60,451 nucleotides of DNA, taken from the IMG/VR virus record IMGVR_UViG_3300043449_000416, positions 1 to 60,451 of that record; one strand, 5' to 3'. This DNA is from a virus. Both the position numbers and the translations under genes were made by a program. Under the pieces are notes generated by a model. That model searched no databases and was not told the DNA's origin. It saw nothing but the letters and a program-made list of their open reading frames with translations. Positions within the stretch are counted from its first letter, which is position 1. Each line of letters starts with the position of its first letter. Shown piece after piece: positions 28,460 through 35,720 of the stretch.

Positions 28460-28664
28460 GATGTTCTGGGGGTCGGGGGTTTTCGGGGCCGCGTAATTTT
28501 ATTACGTTTGGCGGCTCCTCTGCTAGTCAGCGACTATCCCCTCGGGATCGTCATGACGACGCTTAGGAGTCTACCAAGTAATTTTATTTCGTCAAGGGTT
28601 TTTACGCCTCTAAGTCAAAAATAGTTGGAAACCAGTTTTTAGGACAGCATCGAGCAGCGCAGGC

Positions 28665-28682
28665 GTTAGGCCCTCGACTAAC
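28665..28682. repeat. GTTAG-N-CTAAC hairpin family member
   Basis: gttaggccctcgactaac, preceded by gcatcgagcagc. Confidence 0.5.
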
Positions 28683-28699
28683 AATTCACTAGATGTTGT

Positions 28700-29170
28700 T
28701 TTTTAGACCCCTCAAACACAAGATGTGGGGTCGATCAACATTTAGTATTTTGGACCCCTCCAACACAAGACAAAAAACGCTTGTGTTTATGTGTAGGTAT
28801 TGTTCTATCAAATGATGTAATGTTACCAATTTTTATCGTCTAAGTCATTGAAAACAAACAATGTTCCGTCTTTTTTGTAATGTTACCGATTGGTGGTCCG
28901 TAAGCCATTGAAAACAAACAATGTTCCTAATGTTCCGTCCAAAATAGACACACCCGACCTTTGCGTTCGGGAGGCAGGGGACTCCCTAAAACCACCCCGC
29001 CAACTCCTCGGTCTCGCATCTCTAATTTTGCCGGACTTTGGTAACATTTAGAACATTGCAGTCTTTTCAAGGGCTTATATATATATTATTAGTAACATTA
29101 CATATAACATTAGGACATTACACCGCCTACCACTAAAGTGAACCAGATAGCACTATTTTGTACCATTTAC
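28700..29170. repeat. AT-rich noncoding region with direct repeats / iteron-like AACATT-AATGTT motifs
   Basis: Two copies of gacccctc(a/c)aacacaag; two copies of gtaatgttacc(a/g)att...agtcattgaaaacaaacaatgttcc; multiple taacatt/aatgttcc units; no credible ORF. Confidence 0.55.
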
Positions 29171-29198
29171 TTGACTTAGCCAGCCAATGTGGTATTAT
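29171..29198 (+). promoter_or_regulatory. Sigma70-like promoter (TTGACT-N16-TGgTATTAT)
   Basis: -35 TTGACT at 29171-29176; extended -10 tgg-TATTAT at 29190-29198; about 80 nt upstream of the first gene of the early operon. Confidence 0.45.
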
Positions 29199-29278
29199 GG
29201 TATTAGTTGTTATGTATCCTGAGTCCCCCTGCCCCCGCGGCCTGTGCCGCTAGTCCGCCGCCTAACAAGGAGCCAAGT

Positions 29279-29533
29279 ATGACCAAAGACCAACTGCGCA
29301 CCCTGCTTTCTATCCTTGTCCCCGCTGCCACGGCGCGTGGCGACATCTACCATTTCACCCGCGTAGGGTCGGGCAATGCCCCCGGCAAGATGGAGACCAT
29401 CAACGGTGTTAGTCTGGCGACTAACGAGCAACCCCAAGTGCGTCCCGCGCGCCCACGTCGCATCTACCAGCGCCAAGGCGTCTACGGTGCAGGGTTCGAG
29501 ATTCCTACGTACAAGCCCCACCAAAAAACCTGA
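29279..29533 (+). CDS. Hypothetical protein (84 aa)
   Basis: ATG preceded by AAGGAG; start refined from track ORF 29207..29533. Confidence 0.5.
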   Translation: MTKDQLRTLLSILVPAATARGDIYHFTRVGSGNAPGKMETINGVSLATNEQPQVRPARPRRIYQRQGVYGAGFEIPTYKPHQKT

Positions 29534-29536
29534 CCT

Positions 29537-29554
29537 GTTAGTCCACCGACTAAC
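29537..29554. repeat. GTTAG-N-CTAAC hairpin family member
   Basis: gttagtccaccgactaac, about 28 nt upstream of the next ATG and followed by an AAGGAG RBS. Confidence 0.55.
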
Positions 29555-29581
29555 ACCAACCCCAGAACAAGGAGAAATCAA

Positions 29582-29884
29582 ATGCAGACAGAACGCACCA
29601 TCAATTTTCGCATCGACGCCGACACCATCATCAACATCGCGGAGATTGCGGGCAACGCCGAATTCTTCCGTGCCATAGGCTACCTTGCACAATGGAACCC
29701 AAGTCATGCCATCTGCGAAATCATCGGCGGCGTGTACGACGGCAACCCCGAGATCATTGCAACCTATCGCCGCGAAGAACGAGGCCCCATCACCTACCAG
29801 ATCGGTGCCGTGTGGCACGAAGGGAAATCTATCGACGGGCTGACGGGCGAACCCCTGCCCGGACACTTCGGCTTCCACTCCTAA
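29582..29884 (+). CDS. Hypothetical protein (100 aa)
   Basis: ORF with RBS caaggagaaatcaaATG. Confidence 0.5.
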   Translation: MQTERTINFRIDADTIINIAEIAGNAEFFRAIGYLAQWNPSHAICEIIGGVYDGNPEIIATYRREERGPITYQIGAVWHEGKSIDGLTGEPLPGHFGFHS

Positions 29885-29910
29885 CGCCAACCGTTAGGCC
29901 GCGCCCTAAC
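29881..29910. repeat. Two overlapping GTTAG/CTAAC palindromes
   Basis: ctaacgccaaccgttag overlapping gttaggccgcgccctaac, in the intergenic region upstream of 29939. Confidence 0.55.
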
Positions 29911-29938
29911 AGGCTAAACAAAACAAGGATCAAATGAA

Positions 29939-30220
29939 ATGCAGACCCAACAGACCCAACGCTTCGAATCCCTCACACTCTCGCTGCCCGCACACTGGAT
30001 CGTGCCCGTGCTTTATGGTGACCTGTCCCCTCTTGACGAGGCTGAGGCTGTCGCCTTTGATCGCTGGCTGGCGGATACAATCCGCGAAGTCGGACATGGG
30101 AAAACCCCACTCATCGGCACGATCCACGATCAGGCCTACTTCGCCCGTTACCACGACGCTGCCGAATACGGCGTGCTGGCGTGTGACTGCTACGACGTTG
30201 AACTTCTGGTGGAAGAATAA
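29939..30220 (+). CDS. Hypothetical protein (93 aa)
   Basis: ORF with RBS. Confidence 0.5.
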   Translation: MQTQQTQRFESLTLSLPAHWIVPVLYGDLSPLDEAEAVAFDRWLADTIREVGHGKTPLIGTIHDQAYFARYHDAAEYGVLACDCYDVELLVEE

Positions 30221-30232
30221 GGGAGGCATGAG

Positions 30233-30574
30233 ATGACCAGCCGCTCAAAGATTGTTAGTCCGCTTCCTAACGCTGCGCTCCACACGGTGCTTATCATCCC
30301 CTTTGATCACATCTGTGCCTCAACGGCTCAGCTGCTGGAGGAAGAGGCAGATGAAAGGTCTCACAAGCTACTGCTGACCATCGCAAGCTGGGGCACCTAC
30401 GGATGGTTCATGTGGGTGCCGGAAGACCCGGGCGAGCAGCTCAATGCCGAACACTCCATGCCCGCCGACCTCTACCACATCTTTGTCTACGCTAAACAAG
30501 CAGGCGCAGATTACCTGCTGATCGATACCGACGCCGAACGTAACCCAGACCTACCCGTATACCCGGAGGAATAA
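30233..30574 (+). CDS. Hypothetical protein (113 aa)
   Basis: ORF with RBS gggaggcatgagATG; carries a hairpin-family copy at 30245-30262 inside its 5' coding region. Confidence 0.5.
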   Translation: MTSRSKIVSPLPNAALHTVLIIPFDHICASTAQLLEEEADERSHKLLLTIASWGTYGWFMWVPEDPGEQLNAEHSMPADLYHIFVYAKQAGADYLLIDTDAERNPDLPVYPEE

Positions 30575-30575
30575 A

Positions 30576-30668
30576 ATGAGAGAGATCATCGAGGACTTGC
30601 TTGGCGTGGCTGCTATATTTGCCATTGGTTACGGTGCCTTGTTCATCGGCCATGGATTTGGATTTTAA
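30576..30668 (+). CDS. Possible small hydrophobic peptide (30 aa)
   Basis: Manual translation MREIIEDLLGVAAIFAIGYGALFIGHGFGF with RBS ggaggaataaaATG; too short to be in the track. Confidence 0.3.
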   Translation: MREIIEDLLGVAAIFAIGYGALFIGHGFGF

Positions 30669-30670
30669 GT

Positions 30671-30688
30671 GTTAGGCCAGAGCCTAAC
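30671..30688. repeat. GTTAG-N-CTAAC hairpin family member (perfect palindrome)
   Basis: gttaggccagagcctaac followed by acaaggagaaatgatATG. Confidence 0.6.
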
Positions 30689-30704
30689 AACAAGGAGAAA
30701 TGAT

Positions 30705-30947
30705 ATGGAACCAAAGAAACACCAACACTACACCCGCACCACCTTCGGTAAGATGCCTATAGGCACGAGGTTCCGCAGCACGCCGACAGCGACGGCCTAT
30801 GAGTGGCTTAAGGTCAGCACGCGCACCGCGCGGATCAACGGTAACGGTGCAGCATATTACTTCCGCATGGACGACCCGCTCTACGTCAACATTGGACACT
30901 GGGCAGAGATGTTAGGCAACAGCCTAACGGGGGACGACGATGCTTGA
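30705..30947 (+). CDS. Hypothetical protein (80 aa)
   Basis: ATG with AAGGAG RBS; carries hairpin copy gttaggcaacagcctaac at 30912-30929 in its 3' coding region. Confidence 0.5.
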   Translation: MEPKKHQHYTRTTFGKMPIGTRFRSTPTATAYEWLKVSTRTARINGNGAAYYFRMDDPLYVNIGHWAEMLGNSLTGDDDA

Positions 30948-31311
30948 ACCGAGAAAACATAGCCACTGGGCCGCTAGGCCGCGGCTAAAATTCCTCGGGG
31001 GCGTAGCCGAATTTGACCTGTGGTGGAGGGACGACCAGTCAGCGCCGGGTATCCCGAGCGGCGACATCCTGCCGTATTTGCGCTTGGTGACTATAGATAT
31101 GCCATCCGTAGACGACTGGGACGAGCTCCGCGTACCGCTGCATCTGAACGAGGAGACGAACTCAAGTATGGAGCCCGCGATGCGCAGACTCAAGGGCAGG
31201 TGGGGCTGTATAAATCTGACCCTAGCGCAGCTGGCCGAGATACGCACATACCTGCAATGCTTCGCCCCGTGGGTGTTAGGAGGAAGGCTAACAGATGGTC
31301 AACAAACATAA
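30940..31311 (+). CDS. Hypothetical protein (123 aa), paralog of 33211..33516
   Basis: Shares EPR...WAAR...FLGG...FDLW(W/F) and L..L...YL..FAPWV motifs with the 33211 ORF. Confidence 0.5.
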   Translation: MLEPRKHSHWAARPRLKFLGGVAEFDLWWRDDQSAPGIPSGDILPYLRLVTIDMPSVDDWDELRVPLHLNEETNSSMEPAMRRLKGRWGCINLTLAQLAEIRTYLQCFAPWVLGGRLTDGQQT

Positions 31312-31564
31312 CGGCAGCGGCAGCGGCTACGGCAGCGGCAGCGGCACCGGCAGCGGCACCGGCTACGGCAACGGCAGCGGCTACGGCAGCGGCAGCGGCA
31401 CCGGCTACGGCAACGGCAGCGGCTACGGCTACGGCACCGGCACCGGCTACGGCAGCGGCAACGGCAACGGCTACGGCGACGGCAGCGGCAACGGCTACGG
31501 CAGCGGCAACGGCAACGGCTACGGCGACGGCAGCGGCAACGGCTACGGCGACGGTAAGGGTTAG
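31295..31564 (+). CDS. Gly/Ser/Tyr/Asn-rich low-complexity repeat protein (89 aa)
   Basis: Translation is almost entirely (GSG/GNG/GYG)n, encoded by tandem ggcagcggc/tacggc/aacggc units; AGGAGG RBS upstream. Confidence 0.5.
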   Translation: MVNKHNGSGSGYGSGSGTGSGTGYGNGSGYGSGSGTGYGNGSGYGYGTGTGYGSGNGNGYGDGSGNGYGSGNGNGYGDGSGNGYGDGKG

Positions 31565-31604
31565 CGGATGGTCAATTCTAAAACTTGAAACTTAACAAAG
31601 GGTG

Positions 31605-31916
31605 ATGACAATGAAAGACGTAGTACTAAACAAAAAAGTCCTCGTGCGTAGCGACGCGAGCGGGGTGCACTTCGGAACATTGGTGGAATGGGATCACGAC
31701 ACCGTACACCTGCGTGATTCGCGGAGACTATGGGCATGGGATACCGGCGGAACAGGCATATCCCTGTCCGAGATCGCCATCTGTGGGGTCAAGCATGAGA
31801 CAAGCAAGATCACCATGCCTCTGCCTGATATCATTATTGTTGGCGTGTGCGAGATCATACCGTGCCACGGCATGGCCATAGCTACCATCGAGACCGCAGA
31901 AATGGCCAAGCCTTAG
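31605..31916 (+). CDS. Hypothetical protein (about 103 aa)
   Basis: ORF with upstream aaagggtg RBS-like sequence. Confidence 0.5.
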   Translation: MTMKDVVLNKKVLVRSDASGVHFGTLVEWDHDTVHLRDSRRLWAWDTGGTGISLSEIAICGVKHETSKITMPLPDIIIVGVCEIIPCHGMAIATIETAEMAKP

Positions 31917-31942
31917 TCGAGGGCCTAACAAGGAGAAATGAA

Positions 31943-32152
31943 ATGACGATACCCGAGTGCACCGACTGTGGGGCCGCGTTCTCCGAACGCCGAGCCGTGT
32001 TAGGTTACCGCCTATGTCTCACCTGCGGTGAGCAGGCGGCACGTGAAGTCAGGGCAGGTTGGTGTATTGCGCCAGTCGCCCATAAGCAGGGATCGACTCT
32101 CGTTACACAGCGCGAACAGCTGCGCGGGCTGAACAAAGTAGTGCCAACGTGA
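31943..32152 (+). CDS. Small Cys-rich protein (69 aa), zinc-ribbon-like
   Basis: CTDCG...CLTCG (two CxxC pairs); RBS acaaggagaaatgaaATG. Confidence 0.5.
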   Translation: MTIPECTDCGAAFSERRAVLGYRLCLTCGEQAAREVRAGWCIAPVAHKQGSTLVTQREQLRGLNKVVPT

Positions 32153-32172
32153 GGTAAATATCTCACATCTAT

Positions 32173-32201
32173 TGACATAGAGTGTCGTATAGTGTAGTAT
32201 A
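32173..32201 (+). promoter_or_regulatory. Sigma70-like promoter (TTGACA-N17-TAGTAT)
   Basis: -35 TTGACA at 32173-32178, -10 TAGTAT at 32196-32201, in the 148-bp intergenic gap upstream of 32301; flanked by tagtgta / gtgttg repeats. Confidence 0.45.
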
Positions 32202-32265
32202 GTGATATGTGTTGTTAGATTGTGTTGTGAATGTAGCGGGCCAAGCCCTTCAAATCAAATCAACT

Positions 32266-32283
32266 GTTAGGCCGGAGCCTAAC
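32266..32283. repeat. GTTAG-N-CTAAC hairpin family member (perfect palindrome)
   Basis: gttaggccggagcctaac followed by accaaggagaaactaaaATG. Confidence 0.6.
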
Positions 32284-32300
32284 ACCAAGGAGAAACTAAA

Positions 32301-33209
32301 ATGAACAACGTCACACAAATGGAACTGAACTTCGCACCTGTGGTGCAGTCAATCTCATCGTCGTCCATGCTGGTCGAGCTGGGCATCGGCGTATGGACCG
32401 GGCGGCGCATGGACAAGCGCGCATCCGAGGAAGTCGTCGCTGCCAACCATGCCGATAAGGGCGTGGCGCGGGTGACCAAGAGCCTACTGGGGGCCTGTGA
32501 TGAACTGGACGCGCTCGTGAAGTTCGCAGCAAACGTGCGGAACATCCACTACAACAGCACCCTGCCTTGGTCGGACATGGGCCCGCGTCTGCTCCCCACC
32601 CCGCGCTACTTCGCATACCACAAGAACATGAGCGCCTTGCAGACAGAGTTCTTCCGCATGGTGGACGCGTTCGTCGCTGCTTACGATCTTGAGGTGGCTG
32701 CGGCACAGGCCAAGCTGGGTGACCTGTTCGATGTTAGAGAGTACCCTAACGCCTCCGAGTTGCGTCAGAAGTTCTCGTTCAAGTTCAACTACATCCCCCT
32801 GCCTGACGCTGGCGACTGGCGGCTCGACATCAACAACGAAGCACTAACATCACTTCGGGACCAATACGCCACGCACTACACGGGACAGCTGACCGCGGCC
32901 ATGAACGACATCTGGAAACGCCTCTACGAAACGCTGACCACGCTGTCGCGCCAGCTATCCGACAAGACCGAGGATGGTAAAACGCCGCGCATCTTCGCCT
33001 CTGTGTTCGACCGCATGCAGGAGGTACTGGACCTGATGGAGACGTGCAACATGACGGGCGACATGACCATGCAGTTGATGCAGCGCAAGCTGGCAGCGGC
33101 CTTCAATGGGGTCAGCGCCGAGGCTGTCAAAGACGATGCCTACTTACGCCGTAACACAAAGCAGGCTATCGACGTGGCCATCAAGTCCCTGCCTAGCTTG
33201 GGCTGGTAA
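32301..33209 (+). CDS. Hypothetical protein (302 aa)
   Basis: Well-formed ORF with RBS; first gene after the internal promoter; precedes the MoxR/VWA block. Confidence 0.55.
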   Translation: MNNVTQMELNFAPVVQSISSSSMLVELGIGVWTGRRMDKRASEEVVAANHADKGVARVTKSLLGACDELDALVKFAANVRNIHYNSTLPWSDMGPRLLPTPRYFAYHKNMSALQTEFFRMVDAFVAAYDLEVAAAQAKLGDLFDVREYPNASELRQKFSFKFNYIPLPDAGDWRLDINNEALTSLRDQYATHYTGQLTAAMNDIWKRLYETLTTLSRQLSDKTEDGKTPRIFASVFDRMQEVLDLMETCNMTGDMTMQLMQRKLAAAFNGVSAEAVKDDAYLRRNTKQAIDVAIKSLPSLGW

Positions 33210-33210
33210 C

Positions 33211-33516
33211 ATGGAGCCGCGCTGGTACCGCGCGGCGTGGGCCCGCGAAGATCACACCTTCCTCGGGGGGACGAACGCATTCGACCTGTGGTTCGACGAA
33301 ACTCTGGACGTGCGGGTGGCGATGGGCGCTACGCCAGATAAATGGGACTGGTTCTACTGGTCCCGAGCACGTCAGAAGTATGAGTGGGGGACAGACGATA
33401 TGAGCCATGTCGACCACGACAAGGTGTTAGTCGAAGCCCTAACTTACCTGCGTATCTTTGCACCGTGGGTAGAAGAAGAAATGACCAAAGGAACGAAAGA
33501 ATATCACAGCGAATAG
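33211..33516 (+). CDS. Hypothetical protein (101 aa), paralog of 30940..31311
   Basis: MEPRWYRAAWARED..FLGG..FDLWF...LTYLRIFAPWV; carries a hairpin copy (33426-33443) at the same relative position as its paralog. Confidence 0.5.
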   Translation: MEPRWYRAAWAREDHTFLGGTNAFDLWFDETLDVRVAMGATPDKWDWFYWSRARQKYEWGTDDMSHVDHDKVLVEALTYLRIFAPWVEEEMTKGTKEYHSE

Positions 33517-33527
33517 GAGAAGAAAGA

Positions 33528-34133
33528 ATGACTAGAGTAACCAACGAGCTACGCCGCACTCTGCAGACCGCCATCATGAAAGACCTGCCAAGCCGGGATT
33601 ATACTAAGGAGATACACGCGCTGGTGCAGGGTGTCATCGCCGAGCACATGCCACCCAAGGTTAGATCCCTCTACGACAATACGGAGCTGCGCAGTTATTT
33701 GCGCTTAGATAATATCGAGGTGGTTAAAGGTAACGCTAGGGTTCCCCTGCATAGCACTGACTCTGCCTATGTGTATGGATTGACTAAATTTATGACCATC
33801 CGCATGGACGACGCCGAGAATGCTGTGAGGCTACCCGAGGGTTCACTCTACAGGTCAGTCGTGATCAAACTGCACGAGGCGGGCTCTGTCGCTGCCTACT
33901 TCGCACAGGAAGAACTTCGGGTAAGCGTGCGTAACCGTGTACGTGCTAACCTTGCAGCGGCAAGGACGTTCAAGCAACTCTATGCAAACCTCGAGCCCGA
34001 GCTGCACCACTACATCCCCAAGGATGAGGTCAAGGCACAGGTGCCTGCCTGTGTTGCGCCCGTGGTGGACGACCTGCGTAAGCTGGGCGCTGTTCTGCCG
34101 GAAACGCCGAAAGCTACGGGAGAGAAGCCATGA
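33528..34133 (+). CDS. Hypothetical protein (201 aa)
   Basis: ATG with RBS ataggagaagaaagaATG. Confidence 0.5.
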   Translation: MTRVTNELRRTLQTAIMKDLPSRDYTKEIHALVQGVIAEHMPPKVRSLYDNTELRSYLRLDNIEVVKGNARVPLHSTDSAYVYGLTKFMTIRMDDAENAVRLPEGSLYRSVVIKLHEAGSVAAYFAQEELRVSVRNRVRANLAAARTFKQLYANLEPELHHYIPKDEVKAQVPACVAPVVDDLRKLGAVLPETPKATGEKP

Positions 34134-34336
34134 CCTTCTGGTACGTCCTCATCATATCCTTCTCCGCCCCCTTTGAGGGCCTGTCCACCGTCGTGCCGTA
34201 TGCCGATCCGCAAGCCTGCGGGGAAGCTATCTTGGCTATTGAGGCAGCACTGTCTCATTCGGCGGGGATCAATGCAATTCAGTGCAAGGAGACGTCGGTC
34301 GCGATGTCATCGATCAGACCAAAGCGTCGGCCCTGA
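34130..34336 (+). CDS. Hypothetical small protein (68 aa), hydrophobic N-terminus
   Basis: ATGA-coupled to the upstream ORF; MTFWYVLIISFSAPF... Confidence 0.4.
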   Translation: MTFWYVLIISFSAPFEGLSTVVPYADPQACGEAILAIEAALSHSAGINAIQCKETSVAMSSIRPKRRP

Positions 34337-34372
34337 TATTAGTACTACGTGTAACTTGTATACCAACAACAA

Positions 34373-34390
34373 GTTAGGGCATCCCCTAAC
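34373..34390. repeat. GTTAG-N-CTAAC hairpin family member
   Basis: gttagggcatcccctaac, about 25 nt upstream of the MoxR-like gene. Confidence 0.6.
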
Positions 34391-34414
34391 GCCATCATCT
34401 AATGGAGAACTAGA

Positions 34415-35512
34415 ATGTCTAACCAAGCTGTAAACATGTACGCTGTCGGTCTTGATCAGATCGCCGCACTCATCAAGGCCACGGGCCACAAGCGCACCAC
34501 TCTGGTGCAGGGTCACATGGGCACCGGGAAATCCTCGCTGCTCCGCGCACTGTCGGCGGCACTGCCGACCCACACGCCGTGCTACTTTGACTGCACGACC
34601 AAAGACTTGGGTGACATCACCCTGCCGCGCATCGCCGAGGCTACCAAAGACGCCGCCTATGTTAGTTACGCGACTAACGAAGAACTTGGCGCGCATCACG
34701 GCGGGCCGATCATCCTGATGGTTGACGAGTATGGTAAGGCTAACCCATCCGTGAAGAACGCGCTGCTGCGTCTCATGCTCGAGCGTAAGATCGGCAGCTA
34801 CACCCTGCACCCTGACAGCATCATCTTTGCCACCACTAACCTTGGTGCCGAGGGCGTCGGTGACTTGTTGCCGCCCCATGCCCGTAACCGCATCACTGTC
34901 GTCACTGCCCGCAAGCCAAGCAACATGGAGTGGATCGAGTGGGGCATCAACGCTGGCGTGGATCACACCCTGCTTGGCTGGTGCAAAGACAATCCGCAGC
35001 TGTTCCACAGCTTCGACGACTACAAGAACCCCGACGACAACCCCTACATCTTCCACCCCAAGCAACAGCGCGCGGCCTTCGTTACGCCTCGCTCACTGGA
35101 AGCGGCATCGGATATCTTGAAGGAGCGGCTGCACTTCGACGACCAGACCACCACGGCTGCTCTCATGGGCACTATCGGTGAGCGCGGTGCGATGGACCTG
35201 ATGGCCTTCGTCAAGCTGGCGGATCAGCTGCCCTCGCTCGAGAGTATCAAGACTTCGCCCCAGACAGCCAAAGTGCCAACGTCTGCCGCCGCTGTGTGCA
35301 TGGTTGTGTATCGCACGCTGGCCACCATCGAGAAGGAGTGGATCGACAACTGGATGATCTACATGGACCGTCTCGATACCGAGGCGCAGGGTATGTTCGC
35401 CAACGGCGTGCGTGCACCGAAGTATGGCCGTCAGGCGTTGGTCATGACCAACAAGAACTTCACCCAGTGGGCTATGAGTAACAGCTACCTTTTCGCCGCT
35501 GATAAACGGTGA
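34415..35512 (+). CDS. MoxR-like AAA+ ATPase (CbbQ/NorQ/CobS-type)
   Basis: Walker A GHMGTGKSSL, Walker B IILMVDEYGKANPSVKNALLRLMLER, overall AAA_5-like layout; a hairpin copy lies inside at 34661-34678. Confidence 0.7.
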   Translation: MSNQAVNMYAVGLDQIAALIKATGHKRTTLVQGHMGTGKSSLLRALSAALPTHTPCYFDCTTKDLGDITLPRIAEATKDAAYVSYATNEELGAHHGGPIILMVDEYGKANPSVKNALLRLMLERKIGSYTLHPDSIIFATTNLGAEGVGDLLPPHARNRITVVTARKPSNMEWIEWGINAGVDHTLLGWCKDNPQLFHSFDDYKNPDDNPYIFHPKQQRAAFVTPRSLEAASDILKERLHFDDQTTTAALMGTIGERGAMDLMAFVKLADQLPSLESIKTSPQTAKVPTSAAAVCMVVYRTLATIEKEWIDNWMIYMDRLDTEAQGMFANGVRAPKYGRQALVMTNKNFTQWAMSNSYLFAADKR

Positions 35513-35516
35513 AGAC

Positions 35517-35720
35517 ATGGCAAAAAATAGTGGAAAGAAATGGAGCTCCGCGGAGCTGACCAAACTGTTCTTCTATTGGAAAGAAGGCGAAACCTTTGAG
35601 ACGATAGCAAAACGGTTGGGCCGCACTAAGGGCGCGGTCCAGCAAAAACTATACGAATACGACATACACACAGACGAGCGTATCCGTGAGAGCGCCGCAG
35701 ATGGAGACGACGATGTTTAA
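35517..35720 (+). CDS. Small helix-turn-helix DNA-binding protein (67 aa)
   Basis: WSSAELTKLFFYWKEGETFETIAKRLGRTKGAVQQKL resembles an HTH; acidic tail. Confidence 0.45.
   Translation: MAKNSGKKWSSAELTKLFFYWKEGETFETIAKRLGRTKGAVQQKLYEYDIHTDERIRESAADGDDDV

Noticed and set aside
28250-28624. Plus-strand 124-aa ORF spanning the end of the first early gene and the terminator
   Set aside because: It overlaps a better-supported gene in another frame and runs through a strong intrinsic terminator and a repeat region; likely noncoding.
28400-29200. tRNA gene in the long noncoding region
   Set aside because: No T-loop (GGTTCGA-like) motif with an appropriately spaced acceptor-stem complement was seen by eye; this would need a tRNAscan-type search to exclude fully.
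31295-31564. Noncoding tandem repeat or satellite
   Set aside because: The repeat is an intact ORF with a strong RBS in operon context; treated as a low-complexity protein gene instead.
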